Shown here piece after piece: positions 33,994-45,462 of a DNA stretch of 64,000 nt. How positions within the stretch are numbered: the first letter of the stretch is position 1; each line of letters opens with the position of its first letter. The notes beneath the pieces are model-generated. The model did not search any database and was not told the origin of the DNA. It saw nothing but the letters and a program-made list of their open reading frames with translations. The position numbers and the translations under genes were made by a program. The DNA is taken from contig JAWSUS010000005.1 of NCBI GenBank assembly GCA_033549025.1, forward strand, positions 95,597 to 159,596, in the 5' to 3' direction. This DNA is from Desulfuromonadales bacterium (GTDB lineage Bacteria; Desulfobacterota; Desulfuromonadia; Desulfuromonadales; SZUA-540).

Positions 33994-35388
33994 ATGGAAC
34001 TGCCTGTTCAGAAAATAGCCCGCATGGTCGCGGGAATCCTGACTCCTCCCCATTCTCAGGTGATGGTGACAGGTGTTTCCACGGATAGCCGCACTATTCG
34101 GCCGGGGGAACTCTTCGTGCCCCTGGTCGGCCCGCATTACAACGGTCACGACTATCTGGGCCAGGCGGTCCAGAATGGAGCGGCGGCCTGTCTGAGTGAA
34201 GAGGTGGTGGCCGGCCTGCCCGTGCCCATCATCCGGGTAGAGGATACCCTCAAGGCTCTCGGCGACCTGGCGGCGGCGGTTCGCTCCCACTATAGAGGCC
34301 CCCTGGTGGCGATCACCGGCACCGCCGGCAAGACAACCACCAAAGAAATGCTGGCCGCCATCCTGTCGCAGACCGGGCCTGGTCTGAAGACGGAAGGAAA
34401 TTTCAATAATCTTATCGGCCTGCCCTTGACGTTGTTCCGTCTGGAGGCCACCCACCGCTGGGTGGTTCTGGAAATGGGGATGAGCGCCAGGGGAGAAATT
34501 GCCCGATTGGCTCAGATTGCATCGCCGACCATCGGACTGATCACCAATGTCGGGCCGGCGCATCTGGAAACCCTGCATGGACTCGAAGGGGTGGCGAGAG
34601 CCAAAGGCGAGATGTTCGAGTCGCTGCAGCCTCAGACCACGGCGGTAATCAATGCCGATGACGACCGAGTCCTGGCATTGCCCGTGGCCAACGGCGTCCA
34701 TCGGATCCTGTTCGGCCTCAATCCGCAGGCCGATGTGCGCGCCGAGGCCGTTGTGGTCCAGGGAGATAAGATCGCTTTCGACCTGGTCTTGCCGAACGGA
34801 CGCTGGCCGGTCACCCTGTCCGTACCGGGGAGGCACAATGTCGCCAACGCGCTGGCTGCGGCCGCTGCGGCGGTAGCGATGACGGTGGATGGCGAGGTCA
34901 TCGCGCGCGGGCTGTCCCTTTTTCGCACCATCCGCGGGCGCATGGAACTGTTTCGGTTGGCCAATGGCGCCCAGTTGATCGAGGATAGCTACAACGCCAA
35001 TCCCTCCTCCATGCGGGCCGCGCTCGACGCCCTGAACGATTTGTCGGGGACGGGCCGCCGCCTGGCTGTTCTCGGCGACATGCTTGAACTGGGGGAAGAG
35101 TCCGATGCCCTGCACAGAGAACTGGGGCGGGAGGCAGCCAGCCAGGTAGACGCCCTTTTGTTGATGGGCGAGAAGGCCGGGAAAGTTGCGGAAGGCGCCA
35201 AGGAAGGCGGGCTCGATGCCGCGCACCTGCACGTGGTCGACACGGCCGAGGCAGCGTGTTGCTGGCTGCAGTCATGGCTGCAGCCCGATGACAGGATCCT
35301 GATAAAGGGGTCGCGAGGCATGCGGATGGAAAAGATCTCGGCCGCCCTGCTGGCCCCTGGATTTTTTCCAATCGAAACGGAAAGGTAA
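33994..35388 (+). CDS. murF: UDP-MurNAc-pentapeptide synthetase
   Basis: [40 protein letters not shown]. Confidence 0.95.
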   Translation: MELPVQKIARMVAGILTPPHSQVMVTGVSTDSRTIRPGELFVPLVGPHYNGHDYLGQAVQNGAAACLSEEVVAGLPVPIIRVEDTLKALGDLAAAVRSHYRGPLVAITGTAGKTTTKEMLAAILSQTGPGLKTEGNFNNLIGLPLTLFRLEATHRWVVLEMGMSARGEIARLAQIASPTIGLITNVGPAHLETLHGLEGVARAKGEMFESLQPQTTAVINADDDRVLALPVANGVHRILFGLNPQADVRAEAVVVQGDKIAFDLVLPNGRWPVTLSVPGRHNVANALAAAAAAVAMTVDGEVIARGLSLFRTIRGRMELFRLANGAQLIEDSYNANPSSMRAALDALNDLSGTGRRLAVLGDMLELGEESDALHRELGREAASQVDALLLMGEKAGKVAEGAKEGGLDAAHLHVVDTAEAACCWLQSWLQPDDRILIKGSRGMRMEKISAALLAPGFFPIETER

Positions 35389-35396
35389 GGGCACCC

Positions 35397-36473
35397 ATGC
35401 TTTATCATCTGCTCTATCCATTGCACACGGAGTTTTCGGCTCTCTATGTGTTCCGTTTTATCACCTTTAGGGCCATCTACGCGACGATTACGGCCCTGGT
35501 GATCGCCTTTATCATCGGCCCCTGGGTGATTGAGAAGCTCTCCAGGCTGCAGATCGGCCAGACCATTCGTAAGGTAGGACCGGAATCCCACTTCAAGAAA
35601 GAGGGGACGCCCACCATGGGAGGGACGCTGATCCTGCTGGCCATCGTCGGGCCGACGCTGTTGTGGGCTGATTTGACCAATTTGTATGTCTGGGTGACCC
35701 TGCTGGTCACTGTCGGGTTTGGCGTGGTCGGTTTTATCGACGACTACCGCAAAGTGAAACTCAAGAGCAGCGACGGTCTTTCAGCCCGGCAGAAAATGCT
35801 GTGGCTCATGCTGATATCGCTGGCGGCGGCATCCGCCCTGTATGTCTACCCGCCCTTTCAGACGACCCTGGCTTTCCCCTTCTTCAAGGGGGTTGTGCCC
35901 GATCTGGGAATCTTCTACATTCCCTTCGCCATGATCGTTATCGTCGGCGCCAGCAACGCCGTGAACCTGACGGACGGACTGGACGGACTGGCCATCGGGC
36001 CGATGATCATCGCCTCCGGCACCTATCTGCTCTTTGCCTATCTGGCCGGAAACGCCAGGCTGGCCGAATACCTGCAGATCAGCAGCGTCCAGGGGGCGGG
36101 TGAATTGGCGGTGTTATGTGGGGCCATGGTGGGGGCAGGGCTGGGGTTTCTCTGGTTCAACACCTATCCCGCCCAGGTTTTTATGGGCGATGTGGGTAGC
36201 CTTTCTTTGGGGGGCGCCCTGGGGACGATCGCGGTTATCACCAAGCAGGAGATTGTCCTGGTCATTGTTGGCGGCATATTTGTGGTCGAGGCGCTGTCCG
36301 TTATTTTTCAGGTGACCTCGTTTCGCCTTTACGGCAAGCGGATTTTCCGCATGGCGCCCATCCATCATCACTTTGAGCTCAAGGGCTGGCCGGAACCGAA
36401 AATCATCGTCAGGTTCTGGATCATCAGCATCATTCTGGCTCTGGTGGCCCTCTCCACCCTGAAGCTGAGGTAG
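35397..36473 (+). CDS. mraY: Phospho-MurNAc-pentapeptide transferase
   Basis: [31 protein letters not shown]. Confidence 0.97.
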   Translation: MLYHLLYPLHTEFSALYVFRFITFRAIYATITALVIAFIIGPWVIEKLSRLQIGQTIRKVGPESHFKKEGTPTMGGTLILLAIVGPTLLWADLTNLYVWVTLLVTVGFGVVGFIDDYRKVKLKSSDGLSARQKMLWLMLISLAAASALYVYPPFQTTLAFPFFKGVVPDLGIFYIPFAMIVIVGASNAVNLTDGLDGLAIGPMIIASGTYLLFAYLAGNARLAEYLQISSVQGAGELAVLCGAMVGAGLGFLWFNTYPAQVFMGDVGSLSLGGALGTIAVITKQEIVLVIVGGIFVVEALSVIFQVTSFRLYGKRIFRMAPIHHHFELKGWPEPKIIVRFWIISIILALVALSTLKLR

Positions 36474-36474
36474 C

Positions 36475-37833
36475 ATGAAGCGGGATTTCACGGGAAAGCA
36501 GATAGTCGTGGTAGGCGCGGGACGCACAGGTGTGGCTCTGTGCGCCTATTTCAGCCGCCGTGGCGCCCGTGTCACCCTGTCGGATCAGCGCTCTGCCGAA
36601 CGGATCGAAGGCCTGGCGCGTCTGCCGAAAAACACCGCCACCGATTTTGGCGGCCATACGGAAGCGCTTTTCCAAGAGGCCGATCTGATCGCCGTCAGCC
36701 CGGGGGTTCCCCTGACTGTCCCGGCCATCGCCAAGGCCGCGGCCTCTGGCGTGCCCGTGGTTGGTGAAATTGAAGTCGCCTATGAGGAGCTCGAGGCTCC
36801 GCTGATCGCCATCACCGGCACCAACGGCAAGTCGACCACGACGACGGTCATGGGCGAAGTGCTTCAGGCCTGGGGAAAAGAGACCTTTGTGGGGGGGAAC
36901 CTGGGAACGCCGCTGATCGAGGCGGTCGATGCGGGACCCTGGCAGTGGCTGGTGGCCGAGCTGTCTTCGTTTCAGCTCGAAGCGATCCAGCACTTCCGCC
37001 CCCGCTACGCTCTGCTGCTGAATATCAGTGAAGATCATCTCGACCGCTATGCGGACATGGATGCTTACGTGCAGGCCAAGGCGCGGGTCTTCGCCAATCA
37101 GACCGACGGCGACGTCGCTGTGCTCAACGCCGAAGACAACGCAGTGTGCGCCCTTGGCAAAAACCTCACCGCCCGGCATGTCTATTTTTCCTCGGCTCGG
37201 GTTCTGGAGGAGGGGATGGGATGTGACGGAACGCATATCGTCTGGAACTGGCAAGGGAAAACCCATCGATTTCCTCTGGCCGAACTGCGGCTCAAGGGAC
37301 TGCACAACGTCGAAAATGTTATGGCAGCTTTGATCCCGCCCCTGCTCGAAGGCTGTCCGGCTACGACGGCCTGGCGGGCAGCCTGCCAATTCGGTGGTCT
37401 CGCCCACCGCATGGTGCCCGTTCGCACCCTGAACGGGGTGACCTGGTACGACGATTCCAAGGGGACCAATGTCGGTAGCGTCGTCAAGAGCCTTTCCGGT
37501 CTGACGGCACCGGTCACCCTGATCGCTGGCGGTAAGGACAAAGGGGGGGATTACCTGCCCCTGGTTGAGGTGGTCAAAGACAGGGTGAGCCACCTTATCC
37601 TCATCGGGCAGGCGGCGGAGCGTATCGCCGAGTCTCTGGGAAGCTTGACGCACACCGTACGGGCGGCCAGTCTGGAAGAAGCGGTGCGCCTCGCCCATGA
37701 ACTGACACCTGAGGGTGGAACAGTGCTGCTTTCCCCCGGTTGTTCGAGTTTCGACATGTTCTCCAGCTATATCGAGCGAGGAGAGCGTTTTGCTGCCCTG
37801 GTCATGGGCCTGCCGGAAACGAAGAGAGACTGA
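36475..37833 (+). CDS. murD: UDP-MurNAc-L-Ala-D-Glu ligase
   Basis: ITGTNGKSTT, ELSSFQLE, DHLDR, DDSKGTN, LSPGCSSFD. Confidence 0.96.
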   Translation: MKRDFTGKQIVVVGAGRTGVALCAYFSRRGARVTLSDQRSAERIEGLARLPKNTATDFGGHTEALFQEADLIAVSPGVPLTVPAIAKAAASGVPVVGEIEVAYEELEAPLIAITGTNGKSTTTTVMGEVLQAWGKETFVGGNLGTPLIEAVDAGPWQWLVAELSSFQLEAIQHFRPRYALLLNISEDHLDRYADMDAYVQAKARVFANQTDGDVAVLNAEDNAVCALGKNLTARHVYFSSARVLEEGMGCDGTHIVWNWQGKTHRFPLAELRLKGLHNVENVMAALIPPLLEGCPATTAWRAACQFGGLAHRMVPVRTLNGVTWYDDSKGTNVGSVVKSLSGLTAPVTLIAGGKDKGGDYLPLVEVVKDRVSHLILIGQAAERIAESLGSLTHTVRAASLEEAVRLAHELTPEGGTVLLSPGCSSFDMFSSYIERGERFAALVMGLPETKRD

Positions 37834-37834
37834 C

Positions 37835-38941
37835 ATGGAGACACGGGGGGGATTCGACAATACCATTTTGCTGCTGGCGGTCGTGCTGACCTGCCTCGGC
37901 GTGGTCATGGTCTATTCCTCGTCCTCGATCATGGCGGACAAGCGTTATGCGGATGGCTTCTATTTTCTCAAGCGCCAGGGCGTCTATGCCATGCTGGGGT
38001 TCGCCCTTATGGCCGCGGTGATGCATGTTGATTATCAAATCCTGAGGCGACTGGCTGTGCCTTTCCTTTTTGGTTGCGTCCTGTTGCTGGGGGCGGTCTT
38101 TCTGCCGGGACTGGGTTCGAACGCCGGCGGTGCCTCGCGCTGGATTCGGCTGGCAGGCATCTCCATTCAGCCGTCGGAACTGGCCAAGCTGGGGCTCATC
38201 CTCTACATGGCCCATTCCTTGGCCAAGAAAAAGGACAAGATCAAGAGCCTGACCTGGGGATTCCTCCCCTATATGCTGGTGCTGGCGATGCTCCTCTTTT
38301 TCCTTCTGCTGCAGCCGGACCTGGGCGGCGCCATTACGCTGGGCTGTGTGGCCATGGTCATGCTCTTTGTGGCGGGGACGCGCCTCGTCTATTTTCTGTC
38401 GGCGATCATTCTGACGACGCCATTTCTGTATTTTCTGGTGATGAACGTCGACTACCGCCGTCGCCGTATTTTTGCTTTTCTCAATCCCTGGGATGATCCG
38501 ACCAATACCGGGTTCCAGATCATTCAGAGTTGGATTGCCTTCGGCACCGGCGGTCTTTTCGGCAATGGCTTGGGCGAAGGAAAACAGAAGCTGTTTTATC
38601 TGCCGGAAGCCCATACGGATTTCATCTTCTCCGTCATCGGCGAAGAACTGGGGTTCGCCGGCGTTTTCATCGTCACCGCCATGTTCCTCCTTTTGGTCAT
38701 GCGAGGCATCCGGGCGGCCATGGCGGCGCCGGACGATTTTGGAAAATACCTCGCCTTCGGCATATCCCTCCTCATCGGCCTGGAGGCATTCGTCAACTTC
38801 GCCGTCGTCATGGGGATGCTGCCGACCAAGGGGTTGGCTCTTCCCTTCCTGTCCTATGGAGGCACCAGCCTGGTGACAACCCTGCTGGCTGTCGGTGTGT
38901 TGCTCAGCGTATCCCGCCAGGCGAAAGGAGAGGGCCTATGA
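37835..38941 (+). CDS. ftsW: SEDS peptidoglycan polymerase
   Basis: RWI..., QPSELAK, QPDLG, LPEAHTDF, LPFLSYGG. Confidence 0.95.
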   Translation: METRGGFDNTILLLAVVLTCLGVVMVYSSSSIMADKRYADGFYFLKRQGVYAMLGFALMAAVMHVDYQILRRLAVPFLFGCVLLLGAVFLPGLGSNAGGASRWIRLAGISIQPSELAKLGLILYMAHSLAKKKDKIKSLTWGFLPYMLVLAMLLFFLLLQPDLGGAITLGCVAMVMLFVAGTRLVYFLSAIILTTPFLYFLVMNVDYRRRRIFAFLNPWDDPTNTGFQIIQSWIAFGTGGLFGNGLGEGKQKLFYLPEAHTDFIFSVIGEELGFAGVFIVTAMFLLLVMRGIRAAMAAPDDFGKYLAFGISLLIGLEAFVNFAVVMGMLPTKGLALPFLSYGGTSLVTTLLAVGVLLSVSRQAKGEGL

Positions 38942-40008
38942 GACTTCTGTTGGCCGGAGGAGGCACCGGTGGCCATCTTTTCCCCGCCGTGGCGATTGCC
39001 GAACGGTTGAAGGAGAGCGACCCCGAGGCGGTGATCCATTTCGTCGGCACCCAAAAGGGACTGGAGGCCAAAGTCCTGCCGACCTTGGGCTGGCCCCTGT
39101 CCACTATTGACATCGGCGGGTTTGTCGGCAAGAGCCTCGGCACCAAACTGGCTCTGGCACCCCAGTTGATAAAAAGCATCCGGCAGTCTATGCGTCTGCT
39201 AGAAGAATTCAGACCGGATGTCGTCATTGGCGTAGGTGGCTATGCCTCAGGCCCCGTCGGGGTTGCGGCTCGCCTCAAAGGCATCCCGTTTATTTTGCAC
39301 GAGCAGAACGCCTGGCCAGGACTGACCAACCGGCTGCTGTCCCGCTGGGCCGACAAAATCTGCATCTCGTTTCCGGAAGCCGCGCAGGCTTTTCCGGAAG
39401 GCAAGACCGTGTTGACGGGAAATCCGCCCCGACAGGGGATGGAGCAGTGTCCGGCCCCGCCCCAGGGAAAACCGACCCTGCTGGTCTTTGGCGGCAGCCG
39501 GGGAGCGCGCGCCATCAATGAGGCCATGGTTGCGGCTTTGCGGCATATGCAGGATCTGCGCGACCGCCTGCTGATTATTCACCAGAGCGGCGCCGAGGAT
39601 CTGGACAAGGTCCGGGCCGAGTATGTCGAGGCCGGTTGGAGCTCGGCGGAGGTGCTGCCGTTTATCGATGACATGGCCGCTGCCTACAGTAAAGCGCACC
39701 TGGTGCTCTGCCGGGCGGGGGCGACGACCCTGACGGAACTGACCGCCTGCGGTCGTCCGGCTATTCTCATCCCCTATCCCCATGCGGCGGGGGATCACCA
39801 GAGCGCCAATGCCCGCGCCCTGGTCGTCAAAGGCGCCGCCCTGATGGTTCCTCAGTCGGAGTTGCGCGGTGAGAGTCTGGCGACCCTGATTCGCAACATG
39901 ATTTACGATCACCACCAGCTGGTCACCATGGCCAGCGCGGCCAAAGCCCTGGGTATTCAGGGCGCTGCCGACAGCATCCTGAAGCAGTGCCGGGAAGTGA
40001 TCGGCTGA
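38938..40008 (+). CDS. murG: Lipid II GlcNAc transferase
   Basis: [25 protein letters not shown]. Confidence 0.96.
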   Translation: MRLLLAGGGTGGHLFPAVAIAERLKESDPEAVIHFVGTQKGLEAKVLPTLGWPLSTIDIGGFVGKSLGTKLALAPQLIKSIRQSMRLLEEFRPDVVIGVGGYASGPVGVAARLKGIPFILHEQNAWPGLTNRLLSRWADKICISFPEAAQAFPEGKTVLTGNPPRQGMEQCPAPPQGKPTLLVFGGSRGARAINEAMVAALRHMQDLRDRLLIIHQSGAEDLDKVRAEYVEAGWSSAEVLPFIDDMAAAYSKAHLVLCRAGATTLTELTACGRPAILIPYPHAAGDHQSANARALVVKGAALMVPQSELRGESLATLIRNMIYDHHQLVTMASAAKALGIQGAADSILKQCREVIG

Positions 40009-40021
40009 AAGAGGGTTTCTT

Positions 40022-41398
40022 ATGTATGGGAAAATCAGGAAAATCCATTTTGTTGGCATCGGCGGCATCGGTATGAGTGGCATTGCCGAGGTTCTGTTGA
40101 ACCTCGGGTACCAGGTGTCCGGCTCCGACCTGCGCGAGTCGGAGATCACCAAGCGCCTGGTAGAATTGGGGGGAGCGATTGTCTACGGCCATCAGGCCGA
40201 GAATATTGGCGACGCCGATGTGGTGGTCATCTCTACCGCAGTGCGCAAGGACAACCCCGAAGTGGTGGAAGCCCACCGTCGCCTGATCCCGGTGATCCCG
40301 CGGGCCGAAATGCTGGCTGAACTGATGCGCATGAAATACGGCATCGCCATCGGCGGCACCCATGGCAAAACTACCACCACCAGCATGGTCGCCACCATTC
40401 TTTCCCACGCCGGCATCGACCCCACTGCGGTGATCGGCGGGCGCCTCGACTCCCTGGGGTCCAATGCCAAACTCGGACAGGGCAAGTTTCTGGTAGCGGA
40501 AGCGGACGAATCGGACGGGACGATTTTGAAACTGTCCCCGACCATCGCCGTGGTGACCAACGTCGATGCGGATCATCTCGATTATTACCGCGACATGGAT
40601 CATATCCGCGACACCTTCGTGGAATTCATCAATAAAGTGCCATTTTTCGGGCTGGCGGTTCTCTGTCTGGACGATGCCAATATTCAGGCCCTGATCCCCC
40701 GGGTCAAGAAGCGTTTCGTCACCTACGGACTGGCCAGTCAGGCCGATTTTTACGCCACCGATATCCGGCATGAGGGGCATCGCACCTCCTTCGTCCTTCA
40801 CCAGGGCTCAGAGGAGTTGGGACGTGTCTCCTTCAATATGCCGGGTCGCCACAACGTACTCAACGCCTTGGCCGCGATCGCCGTGGCCAGCGAGCTCGAT
40901 ATCCCCTTCGCCACCATCGCGGAGGGCTTGCACGATTTCGGCGGGGTGCAGCGTCGATTCCAGGTCCGCCACGACGACGGCAAAATCATGGTGATCGACG
41001 ACTACGGCCACCATCCGGCCGAAATCAAGGTGACCCTGGCGGCGGCCCGATCGGGTTGGGATCGGCGGGTGGTGGCGGTATTTCAGCCTCATCGCTACAG
41101 CCGCACCAAGGCGTTGTTTGATGATTTCGTCACCGCGTTCTATCAGGCCGATCATCTGGTGGTCATGGATATCTATGCCGCCGGCGAGGAGGCGATTGAA
41201 GGGGTGGAGGCCGCGGATCTGGCGGCCGGGATCGCCGGGCACGGCCACAAGGATGTGCATTATATCGCCGGTGCCGATGCGGTGGTCGATCATCTGGCCG
41301 GCCTGGTGAAGGAGGGGGATATCGTCATCACCCTCGGGGCCGGCAACGTCTGGCAGGTCGGCGAAAAATTAGCCAAGTACCTGCAGGATAAAGGCTAA
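40022..41398 (+). CDS. murC: UDP-MurNAc-L-alanine ligase
   Basis: [35 protein letters not shown]. Confidence 0.97.
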   Translation: MYGKIRKIHFVGIGGIGMSGIAEVLLNLGYQVSGSDLRESEITKRLVELGGAIVYGHQAENIGDADVVVISTAVRKDNPEVVEAHRRLIPVIPRAEMLAELMRMKYGIAIGGTHGKTTTTSMVATILSHAGIDPTAVIGGRLDSLGSNAKLGQGKFLVAEADESDGTILKLSPTIAVVTNVDADHLDYYRDMDHIRDTFVEFINKVPFFGLAVLCLDDANIQALIPRVKKRFVTYGLASQADFYATDIRHEGHRTSFVLHQGSEELGRVSFNMPGRHNVLNALAAIAVASELDIPFATIAEGLHDFGGVQRRFQVRHDDGKIMVIDDYGHHPAEIKVTLAAARSGWDRRVVAVFQPHRYSRTKALFDDFVTAFYQADHLVVMDIYAAGEEAIEGVEAADLAAGIAGHGHKDVHYIAGADAVVDHLAGLVKEGDIVITLGAGNVWQVGEKLAKYLQDKG

Positions 41399-41399
41399 G

Positions 41400-42326
41400 G
41401 TGTCATCGCTCTTTGAAAGCTTAAAAGATTCCCTGCGGGGATCGGTCCTTAAAAATGAGCCAATGGCCGCTCACACCAGCTGGCGGGTGGGAGGCCCGGC
41501 GGATCTCTTTATTCAGCCGGCCGACCGCGAGGATGTGCTGACGGCCCTGCGGTTATTGAAGGCGGCGCACTGTCCCTGGCTGGCCATCGGCAGCGGCAGC
41601 AACCTGCTGGTGCGGGACGGAGGCATCCGGGGAGCCGTTCTGAATCTCGCCAACCTTCGCCAGCTGCAATTCCAGGAGAACGGGAGGGTGGTGGCCGAGA
41701 CCGGCCTGCCGGTGACGCACCTGATTCGACTCTGTGTGGAAAAGGGGTTGAAGGGGATGGAAGCGATGGCGGGGATCCCCGGGAGTCTGGGGGGAGCGAT
41801 AGCCATGAACGCCGGGGCAGGAGGGCAGGAGATGGCAGGTGTCGTGACAGAGGTGGTGCTGGCCACTCCGGAAGGGGAAATCAGCCGTCCGGCGGCCGCT
41901 CTTTCCTTCGCGTATCGCCGATGCGAGCTGCCCCCGCAATCGCTGCTGGTTGAGGCAACCCTCGCCATGACGACTGCCGAGCCGTCGGCGTTACAAGCTG
42001 TTTATCGGGAACGCATGGCGCACCGCCGTCAGGCCCATGCCGTGGGTGGCGCCAACGCCGGTTCCGTTTTTAAAAACCCGACCGGCAGGCAGGCCTGGCG
42101 ACTGATTGATGAAGCCGGCTTGCGCGGCGCTTCGCAGGGGGGGGCCAAAGTCTCCGAGCGGCACACCAACTTCATCGTCAATACGGGGACAGCCAAAGCC
42201 AGAGATATTTTGAGTTTAATCGACCAGATCAGAGAAAGGGTGCGAGCCTGTCAGGGCGTCAACCTCGAACCCGAAGTAAAAATTATCGGCAGCGACGAGC
42301 TGCCTGCCAGGGATGAATGGATATGA
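41400..42326 (+). CDS. murB: UDP-GlcNAc-enolpyruvate reductase
   Basis: VGGPAD, GSGSNLL, GIPGSLGGA..MNAGA, GSVFKNP, HTNF. Confidence 0.95.
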   Translation: MSSLFESLKDSLRGSVLKNEPMAAHTSWRVGGPADLFIQPADREDVLTALRLLKAAHCPWLAIGSGSNLLVRDGGIRGAVLNLANLRQLQFQENGRVVAETGLPVTHLIRLCVEKGLKGMEAMAGIPGSLGGAIAMNAGAGGQEMAGVVTEVVLATPEGEISRPAAALSFAYRRCELPPQSLLVEATLAMTTAEPSALQAVYRERMAHRRQAHAVGGANAGSVFKNPTGRQAWRLIDEAGLRGASQGGAKVSERHTNFIVNTGTAKARDILSLIDQIRERVRACQGVNLEPEVKIIGSDELPARDEWI

Positions 42327-43249
42327 CACGGCAGGAGTTGAAGCAGAAAAAAGTAGCGGTTCTCATGGGCGGACTCTCCGCCGAACGTGAGGTGTCCTTG
42401 CGAACGGGCAAAGCGGTTCTTGCCGCCCTGCAGGGGGCTGGATACCAGGCCGTGGGGCTGGATGCCGGCAGAGATATCGCGCTGCGTTTGGTCGAAGAGC
42501 AAATAGAAGTGGCCTTTATTGCGCTGCACGGCCGCTATGGCGAGGACGGCACCATCCAGGGTCTGCTCGAAATGATGCAGATCCCCTATACAGGGAGCGG
42601 TGTGCTGGCTTCGAGTTTGGCCATGGACAAGGAAACGACCAAAAAGATACTCCTCTACCACGAACTGCCGACGCCGGCTTTTCAGGTGCACAGAAAAGGT
42701 GAAAACCTGGAGGCTTTTCTCCAAAAATGCCGTCACTTCCCTCTGGTCGTCAAGCCGGCCCGGGAAGGCTCCACCATAGGCATCAGCATCGTCCGGGATG
42801 AACAGGAGCTGGCGGCGGGATTGCAGGAAGCCCTGCAGCATGACGATCATGTGCTGGTGGAAGATTTTATCCAGGGTATGGAGATCACGGTAGGGGTGTT
42901 GGCAGGGGAAGCCTTGCCCATCATCCAGATTGCCCCGAAAGGGGGATTTTACGACTACCATGCCAAGTACACGGCCGGTCAGACGGAGTATATACTCCCC
43001 GCCCCCCTCGACAGTGCGCTGTACCACCGGGTGCAGCAGGTGGCGAAAGACGTTTATCGGGTGCTGGGCTGCTCCGGGGCAGCGCGAATCGATTTTATGG
43101 TGCGCGAAAAAGAATTCTACTGCCTGGAGGCCAACACCATTCCAGGGATGACCGAAACAAGCCTGTTACCCAAAGCGGCACAACAGGCGGGATTGGATTT
43201 TGCGGAACTGACCCAGCGGATTCTGGAAGACGCCGGACTGGGAAAATAG
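42323..43249 (+). CDS. ddl: D-Ala-D-Ala ligase
   Basis: GGLSAEREVS, LHGRYGEDG, YDYHAKY, EANTIPGMT. Confidence 0.96.
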   Translation: MTRQELKQKKVAVLMGGLSAEREVSLRTGKAVLAALQGAGYQAVGLDAGRDIALRLVEEQIEVAFIALHGRYGEDGTIQGLLEMMQIPYTGSGVLASSLAMDKETTKKILLYHELPTPAFQVHRKGENLEAFLQKCRHFPLVVKPAREGSTIGISIVRDEQELAAGLQEALQHDDHVLVEDFIQGMEITVGVLAGEALPIIQIAPKGGFYDYHAKYTAGQTEYILPAPLDSALYHRVQQVAKDVYRVLGCSGAARIDFMVREKEFYCLEANTIPGMTETSLLPKAAQQAGLDFAELTQRILEDAGLGK

Positions 43250-43279
43250 GCAGAAGCGCGAACGGACAAGACGGGGATC

Positions 43280-44122
43280 ATGCGCGATTTAAAGGGACAG
43301 AAAAAGAGCCGGGTGAAAGAAAACCGGCGCCGCCGGGAGAAGCAGCCCCGTGACTGGGGAAAGATCTTCCGGCGCACGCTGCGCTTCACCGTCTTTGTCG
43401 GCAGCGTCGCCCTCATCACCAGCGGCAGCTTCATCGGCCTGCGCATGATCTTCAGTTCCGATTATTTCCGCCTTGAAACCATTCAGGTTGAACAGGCGCA
43501 GCGGGTCAGCGAAGAGGACATTCTGGCCCTGTCCGATATCCAGCCGGGCACCAGCATTTTTGATCTGGACCTGGCCTTGATCGGCAGCAAAATCGAGGAA
43601 AATCTGTGGATTTCCCGCGCACAGGTCGAAAGGGTGCTGCCCAGAACCGTGGTGATTCGCGTTGAAGAGCGGAAACCCCTGGCTATTGTCAGTCTCGGCT
43701 ACCTCTACTACATGGACGCCGATGGCACGTTGTTCAAGGTGCTGGAGTCGGAAGACCGGCTGGATTATCCGGTGATCACCGGTATTGATCGCGGTTTTTT
43801 GCTGGAAAAGCCGGAAGAGTCACGCAAGCTGCTGCGCGAGGCTGTCGGCCTGATAAGAATATTGCAGACCCGGAGCCGTTTCGGGCTGGAAGATGTGTCC
43901 GAGCTGCACCTTGATCCGGCTTCCGGCATCGATCTGTTTACCTACGTGGGGGGCGTGCCGGTGCACATGGGCCACGCCAATTACGAACTCAAGCTTGACC
44001 GCCTCGAAGAGATCTACAAGGAACTCGAACCGAGGCTGCCGGGACTGAAATATATTGATCTCAATGTACTGGACCGTGTGATCGTGAAGGTGGACAACCG
44101 CACCACCACACAAAAGGGCTAG
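43280..44122 (+). CDS. ftsQ: Cell division protein FtsQ
   Basis: Basic N-terminus, TM, POTRA-like region; between ddl and ftsA. Confidence 0.88.
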   Translation: MRDLKGQKKSRVKENRRRREKQPRDWGKIFRRTLRFTVFVGSVALITSGSFIGLRMIFSSDYFRLETIQVEQAQRVSEEDILALSDIQPGTSIFDLDLALIGSKIEENLWISRAQVERVLPRTVVIRVEERKPLAIVSLGYLYYMDADGTLFKVLESEDRLDYPVITGIDRGFLLEKPEESRKLLREAVGLIRILQTRSRFGLEDVSELHLDPASGIDLFTYVGGVPVHMGHANYELKLDRLEEIYKELEPRLPGLKYIDLNVLDRVIVKVDNRTTTQKG

Positions 44123-44143
44123 TTTTAAAGGAAGGGGTACGTT

Positions 44144-45373
44144 ATGAGCACGAAGAAGGACAACCTGATCGTCGGCTTGGACATCGGTACCACCAAGATC
44201 TGCGCCATCGTCGGCAATATGACCGACGAGGGGCTGGATATCGTGGGGATTGGCACCAGCCCGTCCAAGGGGTTGCGCAAGGGGGTGGTGATCAACATCG
44301 AAAGCACGGTGGAGGCCATCCGCAAAGCCCTGCGGGAAGCCGAACTCATGGCGGGTTGCGAGATCAAGTCGGTCTTCGCCGGCATCGCCGGTGGACATAT
44401 CAAAGGCTTCAACTCCCAGGGAGTCATCGCCATCAAGAACCGCGAGGTGAACGACGACGACATCCGCCGGGTGATCGACGCCGCCAAAGCCATCGCCATC
44501 CCCATGGACCGGGAGGTCATCCATATTCTGCCCCAGGAGTTCATCATTGACGACCAGGACGGCATCAAGGAGCCTCTGGGTATGAGCGGCGTGCGCCTGG
44601 AAGCCAAGGTGCATATCGTCACCGGGGCCGTGGCCAGCGCCCAGAATATCGTCAAAAGCTGTAACCGGGCGGATGTGGATGTGGCTGATATCGTCCTGGA
44701 GCAGCTCGCTTCCTCGGAGGCCGTGCTCTCCCCCGACGAGAAGGAGCTGGGCGTCGCCCTGATCGATATCGGTGGCGGCACCACGGATATCGCCATCTTC
44801 GTGGATGGGGCCATCAAGCACACCTCGGTGCTCTCCCTGGGCGGGAATCACCTGACCAACGATATCGCCGTCGGTCTGCGTACGCCGATGGCCGAGGCGG
44901 AAAAGATCAAACAGGCCTATGGCTGCTGCCTCTCTTCCATGGTCGGCAAGGATGAGACCATCGAAGTGCCCTCGGTGGGTGGGCGCGAGCCTCGGGTGCT
45001 CTCCCGCCAGCTGCTGGCCGAAATTCTCGAGCCGCGGGTGGAAGAGATTTTTTCCCTGGTGAATCGGGAGATCGTCCGCAGTGGCTACGAAGACCTGATT
45101 GCTTCGGGTGTCGTCATTACCGGTGGCACCTGCATTCTGCCGGGTATGCCAGAACTGGCCGAACAGATTTTCAATCTGCCGGTGCGGCGCGGCGTTCCCA
45201 GGGATATCGGCGGTTTGACCGACGTTGTCAACTCGCCCATTTACGCTACGGGCGTCGGTCTGGTGAAGTATGGCAGCCGGAACATGAGTAGCCGCAATTT
45301 CAGCATCGGTCAGACCAACGTCTTCGACAAGGTGGTGCGGCGCATGAAAGAGTGGTTCGACGAATTTTTCTGA
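44144..45373 (+). CDS. ftsA: Cell division protein FtsA
   Basis: GLDIGTTK, DIGGGTTD, GVVITGG. Confidence 0.97.
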   Translation: MSTKKDNLIVGLDIGTTKICAIVGNMTDEGLDIVGIGTSPSKGLRKGVVINIESTVEAIRKALREAELMAGCEIKSVFAGIAGGHIKGFNSQGVIAIKNREVNDDDIRRVIDAAKAIAIPMDREVIHILPQEFIIDDQDGIKEPLGMSGVRLEAKVHIVTGAVASAQNIVKSCNRADVDVADIVLEQLASSEAVLSPDEKELGVALIDIGGGTTDIAIFVDGAIKHTSVLSLGGNHLTNDIAVGLRTPMAEAEKIKQAYGCCLSSMVGKDETIEVPSVGGREPRVLSRQLLAEILEPRVEEIFSLVNREIVRSGYEDLIASGVVITGGTCILPGMPELAEQIFNLPVRRGVPRDIGGLTDVVNSPIYATGVGLVKYGSRNMSSRNFSIGQTNVFDKVVRRMKEWFDEFF

Positions 45374-45462
45374 TTGGCAAGAAGCAGTTCGGGAAGTGAA
45401 TCTATAAACGGGGATAACCGGTTGCGGAGAATCGGCCCCCAAACCAGAACGGAGGGAGCTAT